Shown: in pieces, positions 29,851-40,623 of the stretch
How the letters are laid out: each line of letters begins with the position of its first letter
Numbering within the stretch: the stretch's first letter is position 1
From: Bacteroidota bacterium
GTDB taxonomy: Bacteria; Bacteroidota; Bacteroidia; B-17B0; Aurantibacillaceae
Length of the DNA: 60,203 bases
Reading direction: 5' to 3'
Assembly: GCA_025963735.1 (NCBI GenBank)
Contig: JAOQAF010000080.1
Location: 1 to 60,203, forward strand
Notes under the pieces: model-generated
What the model saw: the letters and a program-made list of their open reading frames with translations, nothing else
Told to the model about the DNA's origin: nothing
Database searches by the model: none
Made by a program: the position numbers and the translations under genes

Positions 29851-30624
29851 TTAATGGTGAAGTTTATTCTGTGCAAGTATGGCAGAGGAGTATTCACGGT
29901 TCATGCGTGCAATATTTTCGAGCGAAATTGATTTAGGGCACTCTGCTTCGCAGGCACCAATATTAGTACAATTGCCAAAGCCTTCCTCGTCCATTTGTTT
30001 TACCATGTTTAATACGCGATCTTCTCTTTCAATCTGTCCCTGAGGAAGTAATGCTAACTGAGAAACTTTTGCCGAAACAAACAACATGGCGCTGCTGTTT
30101 TTACAAGCCGCCACACAAGCTCCGCATCCTATACAGGCAGCCGCATTAAACGCTTCGTCGGCGTGATCTTTATTGATTAAAATATTATTTGCGTCTTTGG
30201 CGTTGCCTGTGTTAACATTTACAAAACCTCCGGCCGCAATTATACGGTCAAAAGAAGAACGGTCTACTGCAAGATCTTTTATAACCGGGAAAGCCGCGCT
30301 GCGCCAAGGCTCAACAACAATAGTGTCTCCACTCTTAAAACTGCGCATATGTAACTGGCAGGTAGTAACGCCACCCTTCGGCCCGTGAGGACGCCCGTTA
30401 ATATACATGCTGCACGCGCCGCATATTCCTTCGCGGCAATCGTGATCAAAAGCAATCGGTTCTTTATTTTCGGTAATCAGTTGTTCATTTACAACGTCAA
30501 ACATTTCTAAAAAGGACATGTCGGGAGAGATGCCTTTTGCGTGGTAGGTTTCAAATCTCCCTTTCGTGTCTTTATTTTTTTGTTTCCACACTTTTAATGT
30601 GAGGTTCATATTTCCGTGACTCAT
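29851..30624 (-). CDS. sdhB: Succinate dehydrogenase/fumarate reductase Fe-S subunit
   Basis: [21 protein letters not shown] and [12 protein letters not shown]. Confidence 0.96.
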   Translation of the reverse strand: MSHGNMNLTLKVWKQKNKDTKGRFETYHAKGISPDMSFLEMFDVVNEQLITENKEPIAFDHDCREGICGACSMYINGRPHGPKGGVTTCQLHMRSFKSGDTIVVEPWRSAAFPVIKDLAVDRSSFDRIIAAGGFVNVNTGNAKDANNILINKDHADEAFNAAACIGCGACVAACKNSSAMLFVSAKVSQLALLPQGQIEREDRVLNMVKQMDEEGFGNCTNIGACEAECPKSISLENIARMNREYSSAILAQNKLHH

Positions 30625-30648
30625 GATATATAGTGTTAGGTTTTAGTG

Positions 30649-32637
30649 CTAAGCGTAGTTTCTTTGCGCTAATTTAATATTCTCGTATTTTAATTCTTCT
30701 TTATGCAACTCAAAATTACTGTCTGCAATATATTCCCAGGCCGCTACATACGCGTAGTTATCATCATCCCGTAACGCTTCACCGTCCGCGGTCTGGTATT
30801 CTTCCCTAAAATGTCCGCCGCAACTTTCATTGCGTGTTAAGGCATCAATACACATTAACTCGCCTAATTCTATAAAATCTGCTACACGATGTGCCTTTTC
30901 AAGTTCAGGATTAAATTCATTTGCTTCACCCGGTACGCGCACATCTAACCAAAATTCTTTTTTAAGTTGCTGAATTTCAAGGATGGCACTTTGCAGCCCT
31001 GATGCGTTTCGCGCCATACCACATTTGTCCCACATGATTTTACCCAAACGTTTGTGAAAACTATCCACCGATTTTGTACCTTTTATTGATAGTAGTTTTG
31101 TTATTCGCTCCTGAACCTCAGCTTCCGCTTTTACAAAAGCTTCATGATCGGTTGGAATTGATTTGGTCCTAATTTCATCAGACAAATAATCACCAATGGT
31201 ATATGGAATCACAAAATAACCGTCTGCTAATCCCTGCATCAAAGCAGAAGCTCCTAAACGGTTTGCACCATGATCACTGAAGTTAGCCTCACCTAAAGCG
31301 TAAAGACCCGGAACCGTGGTCATTAAATTATAATCCACCCACAAACCACCCATGGTATAATGCACCGCAGGATAAATACGCATTGGAATTTCATAAGGAT
31401 CTTCCCCGGTAATCTGCTTATACATATCAAACAGGTTGCCATATTTTTCTTTAACCACTTCTTTACCTAACCTTATGATTTCTTCTTTTGAAGGATTATG
31501 AAGATTGTTTTTTGTGGCTTCAATGGTGCCGTACCTCGCGGTGTTAAAGGCAAAATCGAGATACACCGCCATTTTACTTGTTCCTACTCCATAACCGGCA
31601 TCGCAACGCTCTTTAGCGGCACGGCTTGCAACGTCGCGCGGAACAAGATTTCCAAAGGCAGGGTATCTGCGCTCCAGATAATAATCTCTTTCTTCTTCCG
31701 GAATTTCATTAGGCCTGCGGGTATCTCCTTGCTTTTTAGGAACCCAGATACGGCCATCGTTGCGTAACGATTCCGACATGAGGGTTAATTTTGATTGATG
31801 GTCTCCTGAAACAGGAATACAAGTAGGATGAATTTGTGTATAACACGGGTTCCCGAAAAAGGCTCCTTTTTTATGTGCTTTCCAGGCCGCAGTAACATTG
31901 CAACCCATGGCGTTTGTAGATAAATAAAATACGTTACCGTATCCACCGGTGCATAATAACACTGCGTGACCGAAATGTCTTTCCAGTTTTCCGGTAATCA
32001 AATCACGTGCAATAATTCCGCGACACTTACCGTCAATATTCACAACATCCATCATTTCATGACGAGCCATTAACTTAACTGCGCCCATTCCAACCTGACG
32101 CTGTAAAGCGCTATAGGCACCCAATAACAATTGCTGACCCGTTTGTCCGGCAGCATAAAATGTACGCTGTACCTGAGTTCCACCAAAAGAACGGTTGCTT
32201 AATGTTCCGCCGTATTCGCGGGCAAAAGGCACTCCCTGCGCCACGCACTGATCAATAATATTACCCGATACTTCGGCAAGACGGTGAACGTTAGCTTCTC
32301 TGGCCCTGTAGTCGCCACCTTTTATAGTATCATAAAACAAACGGTAAACGCTGTCACCATCATTCTGATAATTTTTTGCCGCATTCACTCCGCCTTGCGC
32401 CGCTATACTGTGAGCGCGTCGCGGGGAATCCTGAAAACAAAACACCTTAACCTTATATCCCATTTCGGCCAAAGAAGAGGCGGCTGATGATCCTGCCAGT
32501 CCGGTACCTACCACAATTATTTCTAAGCTGCGTTTATTCGCGGGGTTAACAAGATGGACGGTTGACCGGTATTTGGTCCACTTACTTTCAAGTGTACCGT
32601 CAGGTATTTTAGCGTTTAATTTTGAAGAAGTGGCCAT
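30649..32637 (-). CDS. sdhA: Succinate dehydrogenase/fumarate reductase flavoprotein
   Basis: [18 protein letters not shown] (covalent FAD His), QIHPT, HYTMGG and HGANRLG. Confidence 0.97.
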   Translation of the reverse strand: MATSSKLNAKIPDGTLESKWTKYRSTVHLVNPANKRSLEIIVVGTGLAGSSAASSLAEMGYKVKVFCFQDSPRRAHSIAAQGGVNAAKNYQNDGDSVYRLFYDTIKGGDYRAREANVHRLAEVSGNIIDQCVAQGVPFAREYGGTLSNRSFGGTQVQRTFYAAGQTGQQLLLGAYSALQRQVGMGAVKLMARHEMMDVVNIDGKCRGIIARDLITGKLERHFGHAVLLCTGGYGNVFYLSTNAMGCNVTAAWKAHKKGAFFGNPCYTQIHPTCIPVSGDHQSKLTLMSESLRNDGRIWVPKKQGDTRRPNEIPEEERDYYLERRYPAFGNLVPRDVASRAAKERCDAGYGVGTSKMAVYLDFAFNTARYGTIEATKNNLHNPSKEEIIRLGKEVVKEKYGNLFDMYKQITGEDPYEIPMRIYPAVHYTMGGLWVDYNLMTTVPGLYALGEANFSDHGANRLGASALMQGLADGYFVIPYTIGDYLSDEIRTKSIPTDHEAFVKAEAEVQERITKLLSIKGTKSVDSFHKRLGKIMWDKCGMARNASGLQSAILEIQQLKKEFWLDVRVPGEANEFNPELEKAHRVADFIELGELMCIDALTRNESCGGHFREEYQTADGEALRDDDNYAYVAAWEYIADSNFELHKEELKYENIKLAQRNYA

Positions 32638-32681
32638 GTTTTTCGGTTAAAATGGTTAATGCCTTTTTAATAATTCAGTGC

Positions 32682-33350
32682 TTATTTAATAATTCCAAAA
32701 TGCATTACTATTGGCATTGAAGCAAAAATTAAAGGAATCAGAATTGCAAAAATGATCCCTATTGATTTAATAATCGGTGTATATTTTTTATGATTTAAGC
32801 CAAGGCTTTGAAAAGAAGACTGGAAGCCATGTAACAAATGGTATGCAAGGGAAACCATTGAAAGGCAATAAACAGCCACAACAATCGGATTTTCAAAAAC
32901 CTCACGCATTTCATCAAACATCGTTTCTTTACCACTTGTAATTTCATCTGTAAAGCGGCTTACCACCCAAAAATGTTTAAGGTGTATTACCAGAAACATC
33001 AGGATTAAAGTTCCTAAAAGTCCCATCCATCGGCTGTACCAGGTACTGTTCGCGCTGCCATTTACTACCATGTAACCAACAGGACGCGCTTTACGGTTAT
33101 CAATGGTTAATTTTAAAGCCAGGAAAATATGAGCGAAGATCCCTATGAACAAAACAATCTCCATAGCTCTGATTAACCAGTTGGTTCCCATAAATTCAGC
33201 GCCTTTGTTAAAGGTTTCGCCACCATCATTAAAAAATATGAGTGCGTTAATAAAGCAATGAATAAGTAAAAACGAAATAAGAAATAAGCCGGTTATTCCC
33301 ATTAATATTTTTTTGCCGATTGAAGAAGTTACAAATCCTGATTTAGTCAT
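32682..33350 (-). CDS. sdhC: Succinate dehydrogenase cytochrome b subunit (single large membrane anchor)
   Basis: SSIGKKILMGITGLFL, five TM helices with His ligands, and HLLHGFQSSFQSLG. Confidence 0.93.
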   Translation of the reverse strand: MTKSGFVTSSIGKKILMGITGLFLISFLLIHCFINALIFFNDGGETFNKGAEFMGTNWLIRAMEIVLFIGIFAHIFLALKLTIDNRKARPVGYMVVNGSANSTWYSRWMGLLGTLILMFLVIHLKHFWVVSRFTDEITSGKETMFDEMREVFENPIVVAVYCLSMVSLAYHLLHGFQSSFQSLGLNHKKYTPIIKSIGIIFAILIPLIFASMPIVMHFGIIK

Positions 33351-33383
33351 AATACCGCGAATTAATTCTTAAAAATTCCTTGG

Positions 33384-33391
33384 CAAATGTA
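33384..33391 (-). promoter_or_regulatory. -7 promoter element for sdhCAB
   Basis: Minus strand TACATTTG (TAnnTTTG), 33 nt before the sdhC ATG. Confidence 0.55.
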
Positions 33392-33492
33392 TTAACCAAA
33401 ACATATACCACCAAGTTTTAATTGAAATGTTTTACAGTTGAAGTGCCAATCCATCAACAATTTGCCAATTTTAACTGTTATTTAGAAAGGGT

Positions 33493-34026
33493 TTAAATAT
33501 TAAAGACTTTATAAATCTCCCACTTATTTTCCAGCTTTAATAAAGCAATAGATTTCACTTCAAAAGAACCGCTGAATTTTTTTGTTTTAAACTCTTGCCA
33601 TATGAGTGGAAAAAGCGCTTTTTTAAGATCCCTGAAAGCAATGGTTATGTGTGGATGGAAGCCGCGCATATCCTCCACTTCGTTTAAAAGTTTTAAATTT
33701 TGAGCCACAAAGGAGGTTAACCGGGAATGGAGTTCTGTCAGATCCTTATTCTTTATCACATCAATAAAAAGCACCCTGGGCTCAAAGCAGCCAAAATTGT
33801 TCAGTTCAAGCCCAAAAGTCTTATTAAATTCAAATTTTTCAAGGGTTTCAATCAATTTATTCTCCTTCTCCTCTTTCCACTCAAAAGGCCTGTGCAGTGT
33901 AAGATGGGCAGGACTTCTTAAAGCTCCTTTTAATCCATAATCATCATATAACTTCAGCTTTAACTCTTCGGCTTTAATGAATAAATCCGCTGGCAAAACT
34001 ATGGCTATAAAGTATTTTTTATTCAC
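33493..34026 (-). CDS. 2H phosphoesterase (2'-5' RNA ligase family)
   Basis: Two HxT motifs (AHLTL and PHITI); GTG start. Confidence 0.88.
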   Translation of the reverse strand: MNKKYFIAIVLPADLFIKAEELKLKLYDDYGLKGALRSPAHLTLHRPFEWKEEKENKLIETLEKFEFNKTFGLELNNFGCFEPRVLFIDVIKNKDLTELHSRLTSFVAQNLKLLNEVEDMRGFHPHITIAFRDLKKALFPLIWQEFKTKKFSGSFEVKSIALLKLENKWEIYKVFNI

Positions 34027-34059
34027 TATTCCTGGCGCACAAACATCAGTATTTTATGT

Positions 34060-34067
34060 TAATTTTG
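34060..34067 (+). promoter_or_regulatory. -7 promoter element for the nucleotidyltransferase operon
   Basis: TAATTTTG, 22 nt before the ATG at 34090. Confidence 0.5.
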
Positions 34068-34089
34068 TGTATCTGTAACTAAAATTATT

Positions 34090-35100
34090 ATGCAAATTAT
34101 TATACCAATGGCCGGGAAAGGCAAACGCATGCGCCCGCACACTCTTACCACTGCCAAACCTCTGATACCTGTAGCAGGAAAACCTATTGTACAACGTCTT
34201 GTAGAAGACATAACCAAGGTTTGCGGCGAAAAAGTAACTGAAATCGCCTTTATTATTGCTCCTGATTTTGGTGCAGAAGTAGAAAAAAATTTAATAAGCG
34301 TTGCCGAAAGCCAGGGCGCAAAAGGAAGTATTTATTATCAAAAAGAAGCTTTGGGCACGGCCCACGCCATATTATGCGCTAAAGATGCCATAAAAGGTAA
34401 AACAGTGGTTGCCTTTGCCGATACGCTATTTAAAGCTGATTTTGTTATGGACACCGAACAGGAAGGCGTTATATGGGTTCAAAAAATTGAAGACCCGCGA
34501 CAGTTTGGTGTGGTAAAAATTAATGCTGAGGGAATTATAACCGAGTTTGCTGAAAAACCACAGGAATTTATCAGCGATCTCGCCATCATTGGTATTTATT
34601 ATTTTAAGGATGGCGACTATTTAAAAAAAGAGCTCCAGTATTTACTCGATAATAAAATTACCGATAAAGGCGAATACCAGCTTACCAATGCTTTAGAAAA
34701 CATGAAGGCAAAGGGAACAAAATTTAAACCCGGCCAGGTAACCGAGTGGCTTGATTGCGGGAATAAAGACGCCACCGTGTATACCAACCAGCGCGTTCTT
34801 GAATTTGATAAAGGAAAGTCGCATCTGAAAGGAAAAAACATTAAAAACAATAATGGTATAATTATTGAGCCTTGTTTCATTGGCGATAATGTTGAAATTA
34901 ATAATTCTATTATTGGCCCGCATGTTAGCGTTGGGCCTAACAGTAAAATTGATAACAGCATTATCAGAAATTCTATCTTGCAAAAAGAAACAAAAACACT
35001 GAATGCCAATATTGTAAACAGCATGATGGGAATTGGGGCTGAAGTAAAAGGTAAAGGATTGGATTTAAGTATTAGCGATTATACTCAGGTTGTTGGATAA
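34090..35100 (+). CDS. Sugar-phosphate nucleotidyltransferase
   Basis: IIPMAGKGKRMRPHT..KPL, EKP, WLDCG, and a C-terminal left-handed beta-helix. Confidence 0.9.
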   Translation: MQIIIPMAGKGKRMRPHTLTTAKPLIPVAGKPIVQRLVEDITKVCGEKVTEIAFIIAPDFGAEVEKNLISVAESQGAKGSIYYQKEALGTAHAILCAKDAIKGKTVVAFADTLFKADFVMDTEQEGVIWVQKIEDPRQFGVVKINAEGIITEFAEKPQEFISDLAIIGIYYFKDGDYLKKELQYLLDNKITDKGEYQLTNALENMKAKGTKFKPGQVTEWLDCGNKDATVYTNQRVLEFDKGKSHLKGKNIKNNNGIIIEPCFIGDNVEINNSIIGPHVSVGPNSKIDNSIIRNSILQKETKTLNANIVNSMMGIGAEVKGKGLDLSISDYTQVVG

Positions 35101-36844
35101 ACTTAAACATATTGTTCTAAAACTAACGGTTTTCACCTTGTTTCTTTTTACCCAGTCGTGTAAAAGTAAAAAAGAAGCGCACGCATCGGATAAAGCTGCT
35201 GATGCCGGACAGAGACTAAGCTCCAGCGGAGATCAGGCTCAGTTTGGCCGCCTGTATGTTGATGCCTGCTCGGCCCGCATGAAAGGTAACCTGGAAGAAG
35301 CGCTTAAATTATTTACCGAATGTAAACGCCTTGATCCATCAAACGTTGCGGTTAATTACGAGCTTGGCACAATTTATAAATTATTGGGCGTTAATGATCA
35401 GGCTCTGCAAAACGCTAAAGTTTGCGCAGCCTCAGATCCAAAAAATGAATGGTATCAGTTACTGTTAATTGATTGTTATAATGTGCTTAAGCAATATAAC
35501 CAATCGGTAAAGCTACGCGAGGCTCTTGTAAAAAATTTTCCGTCAAGAAGCGAGTTTAAAGAAGATCTGGCCATTCAATATAACATCATGGGGTATTTTG
35601 ATAAGTCTCTTAAACTCTATGAAGAACTTGAAAAAGAATATGGAATTAATGAACAGATTATTCTCAATAAAACCCGTCTTTTTAAAAACGAAAAAAGATT
35701 TAAGGATGCTGAAAATGAATTGCTGCGTTTAAACATTTCAAACCCGCTTGAACCAAGATATTATTCTTACCTGGCCGATTTTTACATCGAACGCAATGAA
35801 CTCGAAAAGGCAAAAAACATGTATGACCGTATTCTGGCCATTGATCCCAATAATCCTGTTGTTAATCTTGCGCTTCACGATTACTATAGTGCCCAGGGCA
35901 AAACCGTTGAAGCCTTTGAATACTTAAAGAAAGCTTTTCTGAATCCTGATTTGGATGTAATTACAAAAGAAAGCATTCTTATTTCTTTTTACAAAAAATC
36001 TGATCAACCCACTTATCTCGAAAACGGATTTGAACTGGCAAAAATCATGTTAAAGGTTCACCCGCTTGCGCCCGAATCAAACGCCATGTATGCAGACTTT
36101 CTTATGTTGAATAAAGACTATAAAGGAGCTGCCATATACCTTTACATTGCCGCTTCAAGTGAAAAAGGGAATTACCGTACTTGGGAACAACTCTTGAAAA
36201 CAGAATATGAACTTGGAAGTTTCGATTCACTGGAAAAACACAGCGCACGCGCTATTGAGTTGTTTCCCAGCCAGTCTTCCGTTTATTTTTTTAACGGTGT
36301 GGCTAACCTGCAATTAAAAAATTATCCAAAAGCAGCTCAATCTTTAAAAGACGGATTAGAGTTTGTAGTAGACAATAAATCTCAAATGATAGAATTTTAT
36401 TCGAGTTTGGGCGACGCATATAACTATACAAAAGAATACGAAAAATCTGACAAATCGTTTGAGGACGCTTTAAAGATTGACGCGGACAATACTTTTGTAT
36501 TAAATCAGTATTCGTATTTCTTATCTCTTAGAAAACAAAACCTTGAACGCGCCGAAAAGCTTTCTAAAAAGGCCAATGAGTTGCAGCCCGGCAACCGAAA
36601 TTACATGGACACATACGGATGGATTCTTTTTCAGGAAAAAAAATATGCTGAGGCTGAAGAATGGCTGGCTAACGCCGCAAAACTAGGGCCTAAAAATCCG
36701 AATATACTGGAGCATTATGGTGATGTATTGTTTAAACTAAATAAAACAGACGAAGCCCTGAAACAATGGGAAAACGCTAAATTGGCGGGTGGCACATCCG
36801 AAACGTTATTAAGAAAAATAAAAGAAAAAAAATTAAATGATTAA
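35090..36844 (+). CDS. TPR lipoprotein
   Basis: TQSC lipobox, many TPRs, and a C-terminal LNQYSYFLS..DTYGWILF..EHYGDVL segment. Confidence 0.85.
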   Translation: MLDKLKHIVLKLTVFTLFLFTQSCKSKKEAHASDKAADAGQRLSSSGDQAQFGRLYVDACSARMKGNLEEALKLFTECKRLDPSNVAVNYELGTIYKLLGVNDQALQNAKVCAASDPKNEWYQLLLIDCYNVLKQYNQSVKLREALVKNFPSRSEFKEDLAIQYNIMGYFDKSLKLYEELEKEYGINEQIILNKTRLFKNEKRFKDAENELLRLNISNPLEPRYYSYLADFYIERNELEKAKNMYDRILAIDPNNPVVNLALHDYYSAQGKTVEAFEYLKKAFLNPDLDVITKESILISFYKKSDQPTYLENGFELAKIMLKVHPLAPESNAMYADFLMLNKDYKGAAIYLYIAASSEKGNYRTWEQLLKTEYELGSFDSLEKHSARAIELFPSQSSVYFFNGVANLQLKNYPKAAQSLKDGLEFVVDNKSQMIEFYSSLGDAYNYTKEYEKSDKSFEDALKIDADNTFVLNQYSYFLSLRKQNLERAEKLSKKANELQPGNRNYMDTYGWILFQEKKYAEAEEWLANAAKLGPKNPNILEHYGDVLFKLNKTDEALKQWENAKLAGGTSETLLRKIKEKKLND

Positions 36845-37739
36845 GGTAACAACTATAAAAATAAAACCTGTTCTGGGTTTCTTACTTCTGCTGGCCATGT
36901 TAACGGCATGTAAACATAAACGTAAATTAAAGCAGACCGATGATGCAGTCTTAAATCCTGTTGAGGTGGATACAACGCAAGGCCGATGCCGTTTGGATTA
37001 TAAAAATTCGAAGGCGCTTACCAAGTATATAAAAGAAAACGAGTTTTCCTTTACCTGGATTTCCGCAAAAGCAAATGTTGAATCAAACATTGATGGTAAA
37101 GAAGAAAGTTTTGACATCAAATTAAAGATCAGAAAAGACAGCGCAATTTTAATTTCCATTCAATACCTGCTGGGATTACAGGTGGCCAAAGTATTAATTA
37201 CTAAGGATTCAGTAATGCTTGTGGATTACATACACAAAAATTATTTCAGGGGAGATTTTAATTATATAAACGATATTTTAAATGCCGACCTTGATTATGA
37301 TGTATTGCAGGCCGTTCTGTTTGGAAACAGTGCCGAATTTCATGATGATGAACAACGTTTAAAACCTGTAACCGACAGGCATAATTGTCATTATTTACTC
37401 AGTACTGAACGTAAACGCAGGTTAAGGAAAATAAAACAGGGCGATGCCGATCTAAAAAAGGCCTTGCAGACCCTTACCCTTAACCCCGACAATTATAAAA
37501 TAATTAAAAATGAGTTTATTGATCCTGCCACCAACCGTACATTTGTGGCTAATTACCGCAACTTTACACAAAAGGACAGTGTTTATGCACCATACCTTGT
37601 TGATATTGATATACAGGCAGAGAAGAAAGCGAAAGTTAAAATTGAGTATGTTCGTATTGAAAAAAACACGCCTCAGAAACTCGATTTAAATATACCGGCA
37701 AAGTATGATCCTATTCAAATACAAAAAAAACAACAGTAA
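36837..37739 (+). CDS. DUF4292 family lipoprotein
   Basis: LTAC lipobox, IRKDSAILIS, AKVLITKDS and LQAVLFG. Sits between the TPR and M23 genes, as usual. Confidence 0.8.
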   Translation: MIKVTTIKIKPVLGFLLLLAMLTACKHKRKLKQTDDAVLNPVEVDTTQGRCRLDYKNSKALTKYIKENEFSFTWISAKANVESNIDGKEESFDIKLKIRKDSAILISIQYLLGLQVAKVLITKDSVMLVDYIHKNYFRGDFNYINDILNADLDYDVLQAVLFGNSAEFHDDEQRLKPVTDRHNCHYLLSTERKRRLRKIKQGDADLKKALQTLTLNPDNYKIIKNEFIDPATNRTFVANYRNFTQKDSVYAPYLVDIDIQAEKKAKVKIEYVRIEKNTPQKLDLNIPAKYDPIQIQKKQQ

Positions 37740-39075
37740 AGTAATTCTGCTTCTGCTTTGCTTTTTTGTGTTTTCCATTTCAGCGCTATCCCAAACTAAA
37801 TCAAAAAAAGATTTAGAAAATAAAAAGAAACGTATTAATGAAGAGATCAAAGAGATCAATTCAATGCTTAGTGAAACAAAAGCAAACAAACGCTCTTCGT
37901 TAGGCGCTCTTGTTAACATCAACATGAAGCTTGAAAAAAGACAGGATCTGATAAATACCATTAATACAGAACTCGCCCAACTCAATAAAGAAATTAAAAA
38001 TAACGAACTAAAGTCAGGAACTTTAAAAGCGAATCTTGAAAAATTAAAACAGGATTATGCGCGCATGATAATTTTTGCGCAACGAAACCAGGATTCTTAC
38101 GGTAAACTTATGTTTGTGTTTGCCGCTTCCAGCTTCAACCAGGCGTATTCACGCTTAAAATATTTTCAACAGTATTCCGATTTCAGAAAAAAGCAAGCCG
38201 GCGAAATAATACATACTCAGGATCTTTTGCTCGCCAATCTGAATGAATTAAAAAATCAGCGACACGAGAAAAATGTATTGCTTGGAACCGAGGAAGTTGA
38301 AAAGCAAAACCTCAGCAAAGAAAAAAACGAGCACGAACAGGTGTTAACGGAGCTTCAGCAGAAAGAAAAACAATTAAAGGCAGAGCTTGAAAAAAAGAAA
38401 GAAGAAACCATTCAGTTACAGCTGGCCATTAAAAAAATGATAGCCGACGAAATAAAACGGAAGATGGAAGAGGCCAAAGCAAAGGCCGAATCGGACGCGG
38501 TGGCAGCAAAAAAAATTAAGGAAGCAAAAGAAAAAAAGTTAAAGGAAACAAATAAAAAAATAAAGAGCCCGGTTGAAAATACAACAACCATAACCAAAGT
38601 AAAAACAGAGCCGGCAGTTATTCCTGAATTAAGCGAAGAAGCGGTTGCCTTAAGCGCTGATTTCGCCAACAACCGCGGAAGGTTACCCTGGCCCGTATTA
38701 AAAGGCATTATCTGCGAAAATTACGGTGAGCACGAACATCCGGCCATAAAAGGGTTTATGATTTCTAATTACGGCGTTGAGATCTGCGCTAATAAAGGCA
38801 CTCAGGTACGCGCGGTGTTTGATGGGGAAGTAACCGGAATAGCAATTTCTCCAACCGGAGGTAAATTAGTTATCATCCGTCACGGCGAATATTTAAGCGT
38901 TTATAGTAATCTTGGCGAAGTGCTAGTAAAATCAGGTCAGAAAGTTTCGGTAAAACAGCCCATTGGAATTGTGCTGTACAACGAAGATGAAGGAAAGAAC
39001 TCGATGAACCTTCAGATCTGGAAAGGCCAGAAGACTATGGATCCGGGCGGATGGCTCTACAGGCCAAACGGTTAA
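37705..39075 (+). CDS. Murein hydrolase activator EnvC-like (coiled coil + degenerate M23 domain)
   Basis: Long coiled coil, GRLPWPV, VRAVFDGEV and IIRHGEYLSVYSNL. The M23 zinc ligands are not conserved. Confidence 0.88.
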   Translation: MILFKYKKNNSKVILLLLCFFVFSISALSQTKSKKDLENKKKRINEEIKEINSMLSETKANKRSSLGALVNINMKLEKRQDLINTINTELAQLNKEIKNNELKSGTLKANLEKLKQDYARMIIFAQRNQDSYGKLMFVFAASSFNQAYSRLKYFQQYSDFRKKQAGEIIHTQDLLLANLNELKNQRHEKNVLLGTEEVEKQNLSKEKNEHEQVLTELQQKEKQLKAELEKKKEETIQLQLAIKKMIADEIKRKMEEAKAKAESDAVAAKKIKEAKEKKLKETNKKIKSPVENTTTITKVKTEPAVIPELSEEAVALSADFANNRGRLPWPVLKGIICENYGEHEHPAIKGFMISNYGVEICANKGTQVRAVFDGEVTGIAISPTGGKLVIIRHGEYLSVYSNLGEVLVKSGQKVSVKQPIGIVLYNEDEGKNSMNLQIWKGQKTMDPGGWLYRPNG

Positions 39076-39106
39076 ATGCACATGATTATTTTTTTAATCC
39101 GGAAAT

Positions 39107-39138
39107 AAAAAAAGGAGCCCTTTGATAAGAACTCCTTT
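39107..39138 (-). terminator. Intrinsic terminator of tig
   Basis: Minus strand GGAGTTCT...AGGGCTCC stem (with G-U pairs) followed by T7. Confidence 0.7.
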
Positions 39139-39159
39139 ATAATTTTAAAAACCCGGAAA

Positions 39160-40503
39160 CTAATTGTTCTTAAAGAATTCTTCGTAGCTCAGTTCTTTAG
39201 TTTGAAGCGTGCACTTCTCCTTAATAAGATTAAGTACTTTTTTGCTGTAAAGATTTTCAAATATCTTCTGAGCTTCCTTCTCTTTGCTTAAAAGGTCTTT
39301 TGCTATTTTTTCAACATCTTCGTCCTGCGCAGCCTGTCCGTATCGTGCGTATTCTCCGCGGATGAACATTTTCGCCTCCTCTGTTGCTTCTTCAGCATCT
39401 ACTTTTATTTCGTTATCCTTTATTATTTTATTTTCAATTAAACGCCATTGCATAGCCTTAGCATAATTCGGATAATCTTTTTCAAGTTCTTCCTGCGTTA
39501 CTGGCTTTTCGTTTACCGCCATTAACCAGCGTTTTAAAAATTCGTCCGGTAACTTAAGATTTAATTTATCCACCAGTTGTTTTTCAACTTCTGTTTTTAA
39601 AAAGCGCTCCGAATCAGCATTAAACATCAACGCAAGTTCTTCACGGATTTTATTTCTGAATTCTTCTTCCGAAGTAACATTTCCTGCGCCATAAACCTTG
39701 TCGAATAATTCCTGGTTCAATTCTGCGTCTTCCAAACGTGCAATGTTTTTAACTGTTAACTGTAGATTGCAGTGTGTATGTTCAGCTGTTTCCTTATCAA
39801 TGCCTAAAGACACGCTTTTATCAAGTGCATTTTCATAAAGCTCATCTATGCTAATAACAACTTTATCTTCTTTCTTAACGCCAAGTATTTTTGATTTAGC
39901 GCTTTCATTTTTAATGCGTTCAGCGCTAACGCTGGTGCTTTTAAAAATTCCACCCGGCTTAATGGCGCCGGTTTCATCGAGCTCATTAATATCAACAAAT
40001 ACAACATCCTTCTCGCCTGCTACTTCTGGGTTGTGAGGCTTGCCATAATTACGGCGCACATCCTTTACGTATTTTTCAACCAGCTCATCGTCAACTTTTA
40101 CAGTTTTAAATGTAAAGGTGTGATTACTGTCAAGATTAACGTTAAACTGCGGAGCAAGTCCTACCTGATAAACGAATTCAAATTCTTTTTGCTTTTCAAA
40201 ATCAACAGTAGTTTGATCTTTGGGTAATGGATTACCTAAAATATCTATTTTGTTTTCTTCAATGTATTTGTGAATAGTGTCGTTCAATAATTTATTGATC
40301 TCATCCACCATAATCTGAGTTCCGTATTGTTTTTTAATTAATCCGTTCGGAACTTTCCCCGGTCTAAAACCCGGCATAGAAGCCTGGCGTTGTACTTTTT
40401 TTATAGCTTCGGCTACACGCGCTTCGTAATCTGCCGGTGTAACATTTATTTTAATCTCGGCGTTCAAGCTGTCAATATCGTGCTTGCTAATATTCATGTT
40501 CAT
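39160..40503 (-). CDS. tig: Trigger factor
   Basis: MPGFRPGKVP ribosome-binding signature. Start is the ATG at 40503 or 40497 rather than the TTG at 40533. Confidence 0.95.
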   Translation of the reverse strand: MNMNISKHDIDSLNAEIKINVTPADYEARVAEAIKKVQRQASMPGFRPGKVPNGLIKKQYGTQIMVDEINKLLNDTIHKYIEENKIDILGNPLPKDQTTVDFEKQKEFEFVYQVGLAPQFNVNLDSNHTFTFKTVKVDDELVEKYVKDVRRNYGKPHNPEVAGEKDVVFVDINELDETGAIKPGGIFKSTSVSAERIKNESAKSKILGVKKEDKVVISIDELYENALDKSVSLGIDKETAEHTHCNLQLTVKNIARLEDAELNQELFDKVYGAGNVTSEEEFRNKIREELALMFNADSERFLKTEVEKQLVDKLNLKLPDEFLKRWLMAVNEKPVTQEELEKDYPNYAKAMQWRLIENKIIKDNEIKVDAEEATEEAKMFIRGEYARYGQAAQDEDVEKIAKDLLSKEKEAQKIFENLYSKKVLNLIKEKCTLQTKELSYEEFFKNN

Positions 40504-40566
40504 TTTATTTTTATTTTTATAATTCTGAAACAACTAAATGCTGTTGCATCACTATTTTTAGAGGGG

Positions 40567-40574
40567 CAAAAATA
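40567..40574 (-). promoter_or_regulatory. -7 promoter element for tig
   Basis: Minus strand TATTTTTG upstream of tig. Confidence 0.5.
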
Positions 40575-40623
40575 CGGAATTTCGGCTATAAAGCTGCATT
40601 TTAAGCCGTTGAAATAAGTAAAA

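Noticed and set aside
33433-33449. Third sigma54-like site (minus strand TTGGCACTTCAACTGTA) upstream of sdhC
   Set aside because: The -12 half is a poor match, and a good TAnnTTTG promoter already explains sdhCAB.
40504-40623. tRNA upstream of tig
   Set aside because: No cloverleaf or T-loop GTTCRA pattern on either strand.
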